DNA of 64,000 bases from an uncultured Acidimicrobiaceae bacterium (GTDB lineage Bacteria > Actinomycetota > Acidimicrobiia > Acidimicrobiales > RAAP-2). Position 1 is the first letter of the stretch. Every line of letters begins with the position of its first letter. This document shows positions 9,115 through 18,069 of the stretch, in pieces. The position numbers were made by a program, and so were the translations under genes. The stretch is taken from assembly GCA_963756515.1 (NCBI GenBank), contig CAVWNV010000007.1:27108-91107 (forward strand), written 5' to 3'. The notes beneath the pieces were generated by a model that worked only from the letters and a program-made list of their open reading frames with translations, was not told where the DNA came from and searched no databases.

Positions 9115-10251
9115 TCAGAACCCGGACGAGGGTGCCGACAGGGCGGCGCTCGGAGCCACGGCTTCGACGAGGTCGGCCAGGTGCCGGCGCCAGGTGCCGA
9201 GGTCGCTCTCCAACAGAGCCGGGCGGCTCGCATCGACGAGGGCCTTCCGCAGTTCCGGGCTCTCGAGTGCCATCCGGATCTTGTCGACGAGGTCACCGAT
9301 GTTCCCGGGCAGGGCCAGGGCGCGTTCGTCGACGAGGATCTCGGGGACGCCACCGGCGGAGAATGCGATGCTCGCCACTCCCACCGAGGATGCCTCCAGG
9401 ACCACCAGTCCGAGCGGCTCACACCGACTGGGCAACACAAAGAGGTCTGCTGACGCGATGTATGGCCGTGCGTCCTCCCTCTCGCCGATCCAGAACATCC
9501 GATCACTCAATGCCCTCCTCCCGGTCTCAGCGCGTAGCCCGTCGAGTTGGTCGCCGGCGCCCACCCAGGTCCACTCGACCCTCCGCCCCTGGATCTCGGG
9601 CAGAGCCTCCGCCGCGGCCAGCCACTCGGCGGTCCCCTTCCAGGGAGCGACGCTGCCGCAGGCAACCACCCGATGGCTGCCGGCCGACCACGGCAGATCG
9701 TCGATGATGGTCCCGCCTGCTTTGTCGGCCGGCCTGGACGGGCCGGGGAGCACCGCGACCGACTCCGCCCCCATCCGCTTCAGTTCGTCGGCGACGTAGC
9801 GGGACGGGGCCGCCATCGGGACGATCCGCACATCGACGCCACTCCTCCGCAGCGCCCAGCCGGAGAGCGGCTGTGCCTCGTGCACATGCAGCACCACCGG
9901 GATCCCCAGGTCCTGGGCCACGGCGGCATACTCGCTACTCAGTACGGTACTGGCGTAGAGAACGTCGGGGCGGACCTCCTTGACCACCGACCGGGCGATC
10001 GAGCGTTCGACCATGGGAACGTATCGGTCGAGTGGTCGCAGTCGGGCCATCCGGCGGAGTTGAGATCGCCATGGTCCGGGAACTTCGAGGAGCTTGTCCG
10101 AGGCGGCGGCGAGGTCGGCGCTCAGTGGGCCCGGCGACTTGTTGACGACGGTCAGGGTCGATCCCAGTTCCCGCAGAACCGGTAACGCGTCCAGAAACGC
10201 CCGGACCGAACCGGTCCGGGACGCTTCCTGTGTGACGGCTAGGACCCGCAC
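9115..10251 (-). CDS. glycosyltransferase family 4 (GT-B, RfaG-like)
   Basis: 378-aa ORF with a C-terminal 'LPSRCEPLGLVVLEASSVGVASIAFSAGGVPEI' (E-x7-E type) motif. GTG start. Confidence 0.9.
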   Translation of the reverse strand: MRVLAVTQEASRTGSVRAFLDALPVLRELGSTLTVVNKSPGPLSADLAAASDKLLEVPGPWRSQLRRMARLRPLDRYVPMVERSIARSVVKEVRPDVLYASTVLSSEYAAVAQDLGIPVVLHVHEAQPLSGWALRRSGVDVRIVPMAAPSRYVADELKRMGAESVAVLPGPSRPADKAGGTIIDDLPWSAGSHRVVACGSVAPWKGTAEWLAAAEALPEIQGRRVEWTWVGAGDQLDGLRAETGRRALSDRMFWIGEREDARPYIASADLFVLPSRCEPLGLVVLEASSVGVASIAFSAGGVPEILVDERALALPGNIGDLVDKIRMALESPELRKALVDASRPALLESDLGTWRRHLADLVEAVAPSAALSAPSSGF

Positions 10252-10464
10252 GGGTCGGTCCTCGGAGGGCCGGCCGAGGCCGGTGCGGAGTCACTACCGG
10301 GCGGCATCGACGCCCGGTTGAGGAGTTCGATGCGTCCGTCCGGTGCTGCCGACATGTCTCAATTGTCGGCTCGCCGCCGGTCACGCTTGATCGGTTGGTA
10401 CTCCTGGGCCGCGGGCGGCCGCCCCGAAGACAGGCCCAGGTGTCACGGAAACCCGCCTTGGCTA

Positions 10465-12363
10465 ATGTGTCTCCGCGGGGTAGAGACGAAGGGCTGTGAT
10501 GGGGTGCCGACGCGACGCGACGTGCTGAAGGGCGGGGGAGGAGCGGTACTCGCCGGCCTGGCCGGTTCGACCGCCGCCGGACCGGCAGGGGCGGCCACGC
10601 CGGGTCGTGCCGGAGGGTCGGCGGCGACGTGGGGACAGCCACCCCGAGGCAACACCTCGTTCCGACCCGGCGGGGCCGGTCCCCTCTACTGGAGCACCTA
10701 CGGCTACGAATTCTTCAACAACACCCTGATCCCCGAGGATGTCTGGAAGACCAACGTCGACTGGGTGGCCTCGACCTTCCGCGACTACGGCTACAAGATG
10801 GTGTGCACCGACGGTTGGATCGACAACACCCAACAGATCACGCCGCACGGCTACATCGTGAGCCAGGCCGATGACTGGGTCCACGACTGGGCCTGGTGGG
10901 CCAGGTACCTGAAGGCCAGGGGCCTCCAGCTCGGCGTCTACTACAACCCGCTGTGGGCGACGCGGTCGGCAGTCACGAACCCGTCCGTGACCGTCGTGGG
11001 CCGTCCCGATGTGAAGGTGGCCGACATCGTCAACCCGGGCGACTACTTCGACGGTGGCGGGCTCCTGCAGTGGGTGGACACGACCCGCGATGGTGCCGAG
11101 GAGTACGTGAAGGGATACGTCGAGTACTTCCGTCGGCTCGGTGTCGTGTTCCTCCGGATCGACTTTCTGGCCTGGTACGAGGTCGGGTTCGACCAGAGCG
11201 AGGGCACGGTGGGGGTGGCCCATGGAAGGGACTCCTATCTACAGGCTCTCGAGTGGATGCGGGAGGGGGCGGGCGACATGCAGTTGAGCCTGGTGATGCC
11301 GAACCTGTTCGACCACGGGTCCGGGGAGCGTCAGTTCGGAGACCTGGTCCGGATCGACAACGACGTCAGCTACGGCGCCTGGTACGACTTGAGCGAGGGG
11401 CGGCAGACCTGGCAGCCCGAATGGTCCCAGTGGAACAATCCGTTTCTGGGGTTCACGGGATTCGCCGACATCTCTGGTCGGGGCCAGATGATCCTCGACG
11501 GCGACCCGTTGGTCATGCAGACCTTCGCCAGCGACTCTGAGCGCCAGAGTGCCATCAATCTCTTCACCCTGGCCGGCGCCCCCATCGCCATCACCGACCA
11601 CATCGACACGATCGGGGACAACGCCCACATCTTCCAGAACCCTGAGGCGCTGGCACTGCGGAACCAGGGACTGGTCGGCAAGCCTGTCTTCAACAACAGC
11701 CACGCGTTCGAATACGACACCTCGAGTCGGGACCCCGAGCGCTGGATCGGCCAGTTGCCCGATGGGAGCTGGGCGGTGGCCCTGTTCAACCGCGAGGACA
11801 GTGCGCAGACCAGGTCTGTCGACTTCGCCGCCGTCCTCGGCGTCACCGCTCCGGCCGCGGTCCGCGATCTGTGGGCCCACGAGGACCTGGGATCCATGAC
11901 GGGCTACCAGGTGGCGCTGGCTCCTCACGCCTCGGTCCTGCTGTGGGTGGTGCCGTCAGGTCGTGCCCGATTTCAGGCCGAGGTCGGGGCCTGGGCAGGA
12001 TCGGCCCGGTTCGAGAACACCTTTGGCGGTTACCAGGGTATGGGTTACGTCACCGGTCTCGACACCGAAGGGAGCAGCGTGGCCGTGGCCATGTCGGTGC
12101 CTGGTGCCGGCAGCCAACGACTCCTGTGTCACGTGGCCAACTCCACCGGCAGTCCGTCGGATCTGACCGTTGGCGCCCTCGACCCCGTGACGGGCGACGT
12201 TCACGGCACGGCCGTGCTGTCCGTACCCAGCACGACGGCTTGGACCACGTGGCAGACCGTGGCGCTCACATTGACCATGGCGTCGGGCACGAACCTGGTG
12301 GTGTGCGCGGTCGGGAACTCCGGCCAGGGCGGCGTCAATCTCGACTACCTCACCCTGGCCTGA
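10465..12363 (+). CDS. Tat-exported glycoside hydrolase, GH27-like (alpha-galactosidase fold) with C-terminal CBM6/35-like domain
   Basis: Twin-arginine motif 'TRRDVLKGGG' followed by an A/G-rich h-region. Catalytic-region motifs 'YGYKMVCTDGWID' and 'LRIDFLAWY'. The C-terminal ~130 aa 'FQAEVGAWAGSARFENTFGGYQGMGYV...VNLDYLTL' looks like a CBM. Start is 10465 (ATG) or 10504 (GTG). Confidence 0.7.
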   Translation: MCLRGVETKGCDGVPTRRDVLKGGGGAVLAGLAGSTAAGPAGAATPGRAGGSAATWGQPPRGNTSFRPGGAGPLYWSTYGYEFFNNTLIPEDVWKTNVDWVASTFRDYGYKMVCTDGWIDNTQQITPHGYIVSQADDWVHDWAWWARYLKARGLQLGVYYNPLWATRSAVTNPSVTVVGRPDVKVADIVNPGDYFDGGGLLQWVDTTRDGAEEYVKGYVEYFRRLGVVFLRIDFLAWYEVGFDQSEGTVGVAHGRDSYLQALEWMREGAGDMQLSLVMPNLFDHGSGERQFGDLVRIDNDVSYGAWYDLSEGRQTWQPEWSQWNNPFLGFTGFADISGRGQMILDGDPLVMQTFASDSERQSAINLFTLAGAPIAITDHIDTIGDNAHIFQNPEALALRNQGLVGKPVFNNSHAFEYDTSSRDPERWIGQLPDGSWAVALFNREDSAQTRSVDFAAVLGVTAPAAVRDLWAHEDLGSMTGYQVALAPHASVLLWVVPSGRARFQAEVGAWAGSARFENTFGGYQGMGYVTGLDTEGSSVAVAMSVPGAGSQRLLCHVANSTGSPSDLTVGALDPVTGDVHGTAVLSVPSTTAWTTWQTVALTLTMASGTNLVVCAVGNSGQGGVNLDYLTLA

Positions 12364-12366
12364 GTC

Positions 12367-12813
12367 CTACTCCTTCCGGTTGGGCTGACCCTGACCAGTG
12401 GAGATCAATGTTCTCAAACTGCCGTTGATGTAGAACCCCCAGGCGTTCGAACAGTTGTCGAAGCACTCGGACTGGGGAAGCAGGCCCGAGTGGGTGAAGC
12501 GAACTTCCGTCTGGTCACCCCGCTCGGAGATGTCGAAAGTGATGTCCGTTCCGGTCCACTCGGTCTTGTCCTCGGTGAAGTTGAGGTAGCCGTCCACAAC
12601 GTGCCAGGCCACCCGTTGGCCCGGAATCAGCGCCGTTACTCTCTGCTTGGAATAGTGGACGTCTTCGTAGCGGTACGTGAACTCGTCATCGAGCTCGTCG
12701 GTGGCACCTTCGATCTGTCCTGACCACCAGCCGCGGACATCGTTGATGGCCGCGAACGCTTCCTCCGGACTCTGGTCCACCGTGAAGCTGGTGGTGTAGC
12801 TCTCATCGGTCAT
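12367..12813 (-). CDS. SRPBCC (AHSA1/START-like) domain protein
   Basis: 148 aa starting 'MTDESYTTSFTVDQSPEEAFAAINDVRGWW...', with GGAGG upstream. The rest of the 344-aa ORF upstream is not protein-like. Confidence 0.85.
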   Translation of the reverse strand: MTDESYTTSFTVDQSPEEAFAAINDVRGWWSGQIEGATDELDDEFTYRYEDVHYSKQRVTALIPGQRVAWHVVDGYLNFTEDKTEWTGTDITFDISERGDQTEVRFTHSGLLPQSECFDNCSNAWGFYINGSLRTLISTGQGQPNRKE

Positions 12814-13047
12814 GGTTCCTCCCGTTTCGTTGGGTGCGTAGGGCATGAATGACGAAGTGGAACCGGGCCCGTCGCGCCAGGGGAGAACCGAGGGATGGAC
12901 CCTCCGCGCCAACCGGTCCGCAGCTTCTCCGACCAGCCGGCCCGATGTCCGGCCGACGCCATGAGGAAGCGAATCAACTTTCATCACAGTAGTGATCCTA
13001 TCCAAATGACTTGTGTGATGCAAGTTCAATCCGGCTAGACTGCCTTC

Positions 13048-13533
13048 ATGCTCGGTCGGCTCTACCAATCGCAGAACTGCTCGGCCGCTCGTGCCCTCGA
13101 GCTGGCGGGCGAACGGTGGAGTCTGCTCATTCTCAGGAATGCGGCGTTTGCGGGGCAGACGCGATTCTCCGAATTCGAACGAAGGCTCGGGATCGCTCCG
13201 AACATCCTGGCGTCGCGCCTGGAGGGATTCGTCGCCGCCGGGCTCATGGAGGTGCGCCCCAATCCGGAGCGCAAGGGACAGAGCGAGTACGTGCTGACCG
13301 ACATGGGACGCGATTTCGTCCCGGCCATTGTCGCCCTGACCAGCTGGGGGGATCGCTGGGCGGCGCCGGACGGACCCCCGATCAAGTACGAGCACGAACA
13401 TTGCGGGGGAGAGATCGAGCTGCAGCTCCGATGTCGGGCCTGCGACGAACCGGTCCGTTCGGCCGAGGTCAGGGCCAGCCCCGGCCCGGGGTTCCGGACG
13501 GACCCGGACGAGCCGGAACCCGGAGACACCTGA
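13048..13533 (+). CDS. HxlR-type winged-helix transcriptional regulator
   Basis: 'CSAARALELAGERWSLLILRNAAFAGQTRFSEFERRLGIAPNILASRL' is the canonical HxlR/MarR-like HTH. Divergent from the SRPBCC gene. Confidence 0.9.
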   Translation: MLGRLYQSQNCSAARALELAGERWSLLILRNAAFAGQTRFSEFERRLGIAPNILASRLEGFVAAGLMEVRPNPERKGQSEYVLTDMGRDFVPAIVALTSWGDRWAAPDGPPIKYEHEHCGGEIELQLRCRACDEPVRSAEVRASPGPGFRTDPDEPEPGDT

Positions 13534-13554
13534 ACGAAACCGCGGTCTACGGCG

Positions 13555-14484
13555 TCAGGGGATGAGGACGATCTTTCCTCGCGTATGGCGCCGTTCGAGT
13601 TGCTCGAAGGCGTCGGCCACCCGATCCAGAGGAAAGGTGGCCGCAATGGGGACCTCGATGGCTCCCGACGCCACCAGGCCGGCCATGTCGGCGAGGACCT
13701 CGGGGGTGGAGGCGGTGCCGCTGCCATCGGTCTTGGCTCCGACCTCGCCGGCCTTCTCCCACGAGATGATGGTCTCGATCCGGTCCGGGCTGACGCCGAG
13801 GTCGACGGCCAACTGGATGTACTCCGGTCCGAAGAGGTCGATGAAGGCGTCGATCCCGTCGGGGGCAGCTTCCTGTACTCGTTCGGCCAGACCGGCGCCG
13901 TAGGCCACCGCAACTGCGCCGTGAGCGGTGAGCCACTCTGCGTTGGCCGCCGATGCGATCCCGACCGCCCGGGCCCCCCGCACCCTCAGCAGTTGGATCA
14001 CGATGCTTCCGACCCCTCCGGCCGCGGCCGAAACGGCCACCATGTCGCCCGGCCCGGCCCCGACCGCCCGCACCGCCGCGTACGCGGTGCAGCCGACGAC
14101 GGACAACGAGCCGGCCGCCTCCCAGCTCAGCTCAGGGGGCTTCCCCACCAACTGGTCGGCCGGTACGGCAACGTGGGTGGCGTGACTGGAGCGTTGCCAC
14201 GAGAAGCCCAGCACCTCGTCTCCCTGCGACCACTGGTCGACCCCGTCACCGAGCTCGGTGATCACTCCGGCCAGGTCGCTGCCTTGGCCGGAAGGGAACG
14301 TGGCGGGAAACCGGTCGTCGAGCAGTCCCTGTCGGATGGAGCTCTCGCCCGGATTGATCCCGGCGGCCCGGACCGCCACCACCACCTCGCCCGCGACCGG
14401 GGTGGGCATCGGGATGTCATCGACGTAGAGGACCTCTCGACCGCCGTAGCGGTCGAAGCGCACGGCCCGGGCCGCGGTGGTCAC
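13555..14484 (-). CDS. NAD(P)H:quinone oxidoreductase / zinc-type alcohol dehydrogenase-like (MDR) protein
   Basis: 309-aa ORF with 'GINPGESSIRQG' and the nucleotide-binding 'VSAAAGGVGSIVIQL'. Confidence 0.9.
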   Translation of the reverse strand: MTTAARAVRFDRYGGREVLYVDDIPMPTPVAGEVVVAVRAAGINPGESSIRQGLLDDRFPATFPSGQGSDLAGVITELGDGVDQWSQGDEVLGFSWQRSSHATHVAVPADQLVGKPPELSWEAAGSLSVVGCTAYAAVRAVGAGPGDMVAVSAAAGGVGSIVIQLLRVRGARAVGIASAANAEWLTAHGAVAVAYGAGLAERVQEAAPDGIDAFIDLFGPEYIQLAVDLGVSPDRIETIISWEKAGEVGAKTDGSGTASTPEVLADMAGLVASGAIEVPIAATFPLDRVADAFEQLERRHTRGKIVLIP

Positions 14485-14615
14485 CGGCCGGCCGAAGGGC
14501 CGGGCAACACTGGGTCGAAATCCACAGTCGACACCCTATGGCCGTCGACCGGTCCGTGCGCCCGTCCAGGTCGCCGGCGTCCCGAGGCCCCACACGACGT
14601 CGGCAGGACCTCCGA

Positions 14616-14850
14616 CTACGGCTTGCCGATCAGGACATAGCCGGCCTGATCCACGGCCACGCACAGGGACCTGGTCGGGCAGGAGACGGCGGAGAGCTCG
14701 CGGCTACCGTCGATGTCCGAGCGGGCGGAGGGGCCGTTGTTCCACTGCACGACCCCTCCGGAGCTGTCCAGCCTTCGATCCGCCGCAGCCGGCCAGGGTC
14801 AGGGCCAGCGCCGCGCCGTCGACAATCCGACGGCGGTGGCCCCGCGCACG
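14616..14850 (-). pseudogene. possible frame-shifted small secreted lipoprotein
   Basis: A lipoprotein-type signal '...RRRIVDGAALALTLAGC GGS' (Cys codon 14785-14787) is in one frame. A '...SSGGVVQWNNGPSARSDIDGSRELSAVSCPTRSLCVAVDQAGYVLIGKP*' module (stop 14616-14618) is in the +1 frame. No canonical start codon was found for the signal part. Confidence 0.25.
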
Positions 14851-14857
14851 GGAGTCA

Positions 14858-15244
14858 CTACTGCTCGACGAGGTCCTTCGTGAGGCGTGGCGGTGCGCAG
14901 GCCAGCCAACCGTCGGTGATGGCCTCCTGTAGGGCACGCTTGGCCACGACCTCGAGTCGGATGAGGATCGCCGAGTATCCGTCGAAGTGCGGAATCGTGA
15001 AGAACGCCTTGGGATTGGCGGCGAGTACGGCCTCCTTCTCGATCAGGTCCTCGACCCGGACACCGAGGATCGGTCCGGCCGGAGGGGTCGTGGTGCCGAA
15101 GCGCTTGAGATCGGCCTTGGAGAACGGCCGCTCCCAGGCGAACCCTTTACCGGCCACGAACCAGGTGCGGTGGCCGTGGCGCTCACCCTCGGTCACCTCG
15201 GGTAGTTCGAGGGCCAGGCGTGCGACGTCGTCGAGACTTGCCAC
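14858..15244 (-). CDS. MmcQ/YjbR family DNA-binding protein
   Basis: '[40 protein letters not shown]' is typical of the family. GTG at 15244 is preferred, with GGAGG 11 nt upstream; TTG at 15268 is also possible. Confidence 0.8.
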   Translation of the reverse strand: MASLDDVARLALELPEVTEGERHGHRTWFVAGKGFAWERPFSKADLKRFGTTTPPAGPILGVRVEDLIEKEAVLAANPKAFFTIPHFDGYSAILIRLEVVAKRALQEAITDGWLACAPPRLTKDLVEQ

Positions 15245-15339
15245 CCCCAGAGAGTACCTCCGGGACAAGGCGTCACGGCCGGGACCGGTGGACCGCCGCG
15301 GTGGTCAAGGGGGTGGCCGGGCGCGCCGATGAAACGAGC

Positions 15340-15741
15340 ATGCCCGCTCGGGACGGAGGTGCAGAAGATCGTGTCCTGGTACGTGTGCTGGCGGCAGATC
15401 CGCGGTCCGATTGGATCCACGGCTACTCGGCCGGCCTCGTCTCCCTCACGGACAGACAGCTGGCCTTCGTCCCCTCTGTTGCCGTCGCATCGACGGACCA
15501 TGGGCCGTGGGAGGTGGCTGTCGATGACGTCGAGAGGATCTCCACGTCGTCGGTACCCATCTGGATCTGTGGCCTTGTCCGGATCTGGGTACCCGGTATC
15601 CGCGTCGTCGTCCGCAGCGGCGGAGGCAGGACCCTCATCGTGGGCCGGACCCGAGCGCGGCAGCTGGTCGCGGAGTTCGAGGTGATCTCGAGAGCCAAGC
15701 GCCGGTCCGACCAGCGGACCGGCTCGACAGCTACGCACTGA
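15340..15741 (+). CDS. hypothetical protein (PH/GRAM-like fold suspected)
   Basis: 133-aa part of the 173-aa ORF, from 'MPARDGGAEDRVLVRVL...'. Composition is protein-like, unlike the overlapping 264-aa antisense ORF. No recognisable motif. Confidence 0.5.
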   Translation: MPARDGGAEDRVLVRVLAADPRSDWIHGYSAGLVSLTDRQLAFVPSVAVASTDHGPWEVAVDDVERISTSSVPIWICGLVRIWVPGIRVVVRSGGGRTLIVGRTRARQLVAEFEVISRAKRRSDQRTGSTATH

Positions 15742-15828
15742 CGGTCCGATATCCGCTCCGTCCGGGCGGCTGCCCGGACGCGGTGTTAGCTTGCCAGACA
15801 GCGTTGGCGGCAGCGGGGGGAGGGCGAG

Positions 15829-18054
15829 ATGTGGGAGCGGGCGAACCGTCGACGACACCCCGTTCACCTGATCGGGTCGGTGCCCAGGGCGGTGACCGCG
15901 GTCGTGACCGTCCTGGTCCTGCTGTCCTGGGCCGGGCTCCCCGGTGGGACCTTCGGCGCTCCGCCGGCGGCTGGCGCCGCCAGCCACGGGAAATCATTGG
16001 GCCGACGGGCCCGGACCGTCGAGCCCGGACCGTCCGGGCCGTCGCCCGCCTACGACTGCGCCTTCAACCTGACCACCGATGCCTTCACCGGCGCCGACGG
16101 CACCGCCTCGGAGATCGGGTGGGAAGGCAACGGACAGGGTGTCGTCACCTGTCTCGGGGGCACGTTCCTGGTCCAGGACGGCGTCTTCTCGGACTACGGG
16201 TTCGGTCTCTACGACGGCGGCCGCACCACCTGGCAGGATGCCGACGGCTACCTCCCGGCCCAGATCACGTCGTTCCGTCATGCCGGCTCCCTGGTCACCA
16301 TCACCGAGTTCGCCGATCGGGTGGTGATCGGGGGCGACCAGTACGTCGCCGTGTACGCCCGGCTGGCGGTCTCGAATCCGACCGACCATCTCGTCGAGGC
16401 CGATCCCGACGCCTCGCCCGGCCTGATCCCGATCGCCACCGCTCCCGACGCGGTCGCGCCCCACTCGACGGTCGAGCACGACTACGTGGTGGCTGCGGAC
16501 CGTTTCGGCAACCAGTACCCGTGGCCAGCCGGCCAGGCCCTGGCCGACGCAGGTGGCTTCGACCAGCACTACGCGCACATGCAGAACTTCTGGAACCAGC
16601 AGCTGGCCGGTATCGCCGAGGTCAGCGTGCCCGACACCGCACTGGACGACGCCTACCGGAGCGGCTTCATCTACACCCAGATCGCCCGGAGCGGCAACGA
16701 TCTGAATACCGGGGTCAACGGCTACGAGAGTGAGTTCAGCCACGACGTCGTGGGCATCCTCACGAACCTGTTCACGCAGGGTTACTTCACCGGTGCCGGC
16801 GCGTTGTTGCTCGAGGCCCGCGACGCCGTCGGGTCCCAGGGCCAGTACGTCGACGGCATCTGGACCTACGCGGTGCCCTGGGCGGTGTACCTCATGAAGA
16901 CCGGCGACACCGCCTTCGTCAAGGAGAACTTCTCGACCGAGGGTCCGGCCGGCGTCGATCAGCCCAGCATCGAGGACACCGTGCACCAACTGGTGGCCGA
17001 TCGGACCGGGCCCAACGGGATCATGGAGGCCACCGATGACATCGACACCCAGGGGTACTGGACCGTCGACGACTACGAGGCCCTCCTGGGGCTGGCCGCC
17101 TACCGCTATCTCGCCGAGGGGGTGGGGGACACGGCCGAGGTCACCTGGGCGACCCAGCAGTACCACCAGCTCCTGGGGGCCACCAATGCCGTACTCGGGT
17201 CGACCATCCGGCACTACGGCCTCGACTACCTGCCCTGTTCGATCCTGCAGCCCGATACGGCCAACCGGTGCGACGACCCCGAGGACGCCAACTGGACGTC
17301 GCCGTTCGGATTCGGGAGCTGGGCCTGGGAGGGCTACCTGCTCGGAGCACCCCGATCCGGGCCCGGCCTGTCCCTGATCGACGCCACCTACGACTACGGA
17401 TTCGGGCGTCTGGTCGGCCTGCTCCCTCCGGATACCGCCGGCGGGTTCCCAGGCGACTACTACTCGTCCGGTTACAACGCGGCCCTGGGGAGTAGCGGGC
17501 TGGCCAGCGCCCACCATCGGGACCAGGGAATCCTCGACTACCAGTTCATGATCGAGAACAGTCAGAGCGGTCCCTACTCGTGGTGGGAGAGCTCGAGCGG
17601 TCCCTCCCCGGACACGCCCTGGATCGGGAAGCACCCGGCCACCGGTCAGGGCGCCTCACCCCACGCCTGGGGTATGGCCGGGGCCAACAAGGTCCTGTTG
17701 GACTCGCTGGCGGCCGAGCGTTCCGACGGCGCCCTCATCGTCGGGCAGGGTGTCCCGGCCCACTGGTTGGGCCAGGCCGCCCCGATCACGGTCACCGACT
17801 TCCCGACCACCGACGGCAGGAGACTGAGCCTGGCCATCACCTCCCTCGGCGACTCCGTATCCCTGCACCTGAGCGGCCAACTGCCGACGGGGCCGGTCCT
17901 CTTCCAGCTGCCGTCGTTCGCGCACAACCTGTCCGCGGCGTCGGCGGGCCGGGTGGATCAGGCCACCGGGACGGTGACTCTGGCTCCCGGCACCAGGGGG
18001 GTGACCGTGGAGCTTCGCCGTGGGCCCGGCCCGGTGCACTCCGGCGGAGGCTGA
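15829..18054 (+). CDS. secreted large protein, (alpha/alpha)6 six-hairpin glycosidase-like (tentative)
   Basis: 741-aa ORF with an N-terminal signal 'AVTAVVTVLVLLSWAGLPGGTFGAPPAAGAA'. The interior is rich in W/Y/D, and 'SPHAWGMAGANKVLLDSL' is reminiscent of glucoamylase-like folds. Purine-rich stretch before the ATG. Confidence 0.6.
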   Translation: MWERANRRRHPVHLIGSVPRAVTAVVTVLVLLSWAGLPGGTFGAPPAAGAASHGKSLGRRARTVEPGPSGPSPAYDCAFNLTTDAFTGADGTASEIGWEGNGQGVVTCLGGTFLVQDGVFSDYGFGLYDGGRTTWQDADGYLPAQITSFRHAGSLVTITEFADRVVIGGDQYVAVYARLAVSNPTDHLVEADPDASPGLIPIATAPDAVAPHSTVEHDYVVAADRFGNQYPWPAGQALADAGGFDQHYAHMQNFWNQQLAGIAEVSVPDTALDDAYRSGFIYTQIARSGNDLNTGVNGYESEFSHDVVGILTNLFTQGYFTGAGALLLEARDAVGSQGQYVDGIWTYAVPWAVYLMKTGDTAFVKENFSTEGPAGVDQPSIEDTVHQLVADRTGPNGIMEATDDIDTQGYWTVDDYEALLGLAAYRYLAEGVGDTAEVTWATQQYHQLLGATNAVLGSTIRHYGLDYLPCSILQPDTANRCDDPEDANWTSPFGFGSWAWEGYLLGAPRSGPGLSLIDATYDYGFGRLVGLLPPDTAGGFPGDYYSSGYNAALGSSGLASAHHRDQGILDYQFMIENSQSGPYSWWESSSGPSPDTPWIGKHPATGQGASPHAWGMAGANKVLLDSLAAERSDGALIVGQGVPAHWLGQAAPITVTDFPTTDGRRLSLAITSLGDSVSLHLSGQLPTGPVLFQLPSFAHNLSAASAGRVDQATGTVTLAPGTRGVTVELRRGPGPVHSGGG

Positions 18055-18069
18055 AGCCGGGCGAACCGC

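Noticed and set aside
12983-13025. Short inverted repeats ATCAC-AGTA-GTGAT (12983-12996) and ACTTG-N7-CAAGT (13009-13025) upstream of the HxlR gene, and a GTAGTGAT string shared with 25600-25607.
   Set aside because: The arms are only 5 bp and the shared octamer is short enough to be coincidental. They are plausible HxlR half-sites but too weak to report as a feature without comparative data.
12814-13401. N-terminal extensions of many track ORFs. Examples: 12367-13401, 4932-7097, 3500-4783, 55645-57681, 57324-58823, 18748-20703, 26332-27882.
   Set aside because: The upstream portions are low-complexity, overlap neighbouring genes or operators, and precede plausible internal ATG/GTG starts. 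These starts have Shine-Dalgarno-like sequences or 4-nt stop/start overlaps. Starts were trimmed accordingly.
15994-17634. Very long ORFs antisense to or overlapping confident genes. Examples: 15994-17634(-), 17837-19447(-), 33828-36293(-), 20967-22730(-), 7736-8911(+), 5121-6410(+), 43638-44474(-).
   Set aside because: Their translations are Arg/Pro/Gly/His-rich with no motifs. They are shadow frames expected in very GC-rich DNA, where stop codons are rare. In each case the opposite or alternative frame carries clear family motifs.
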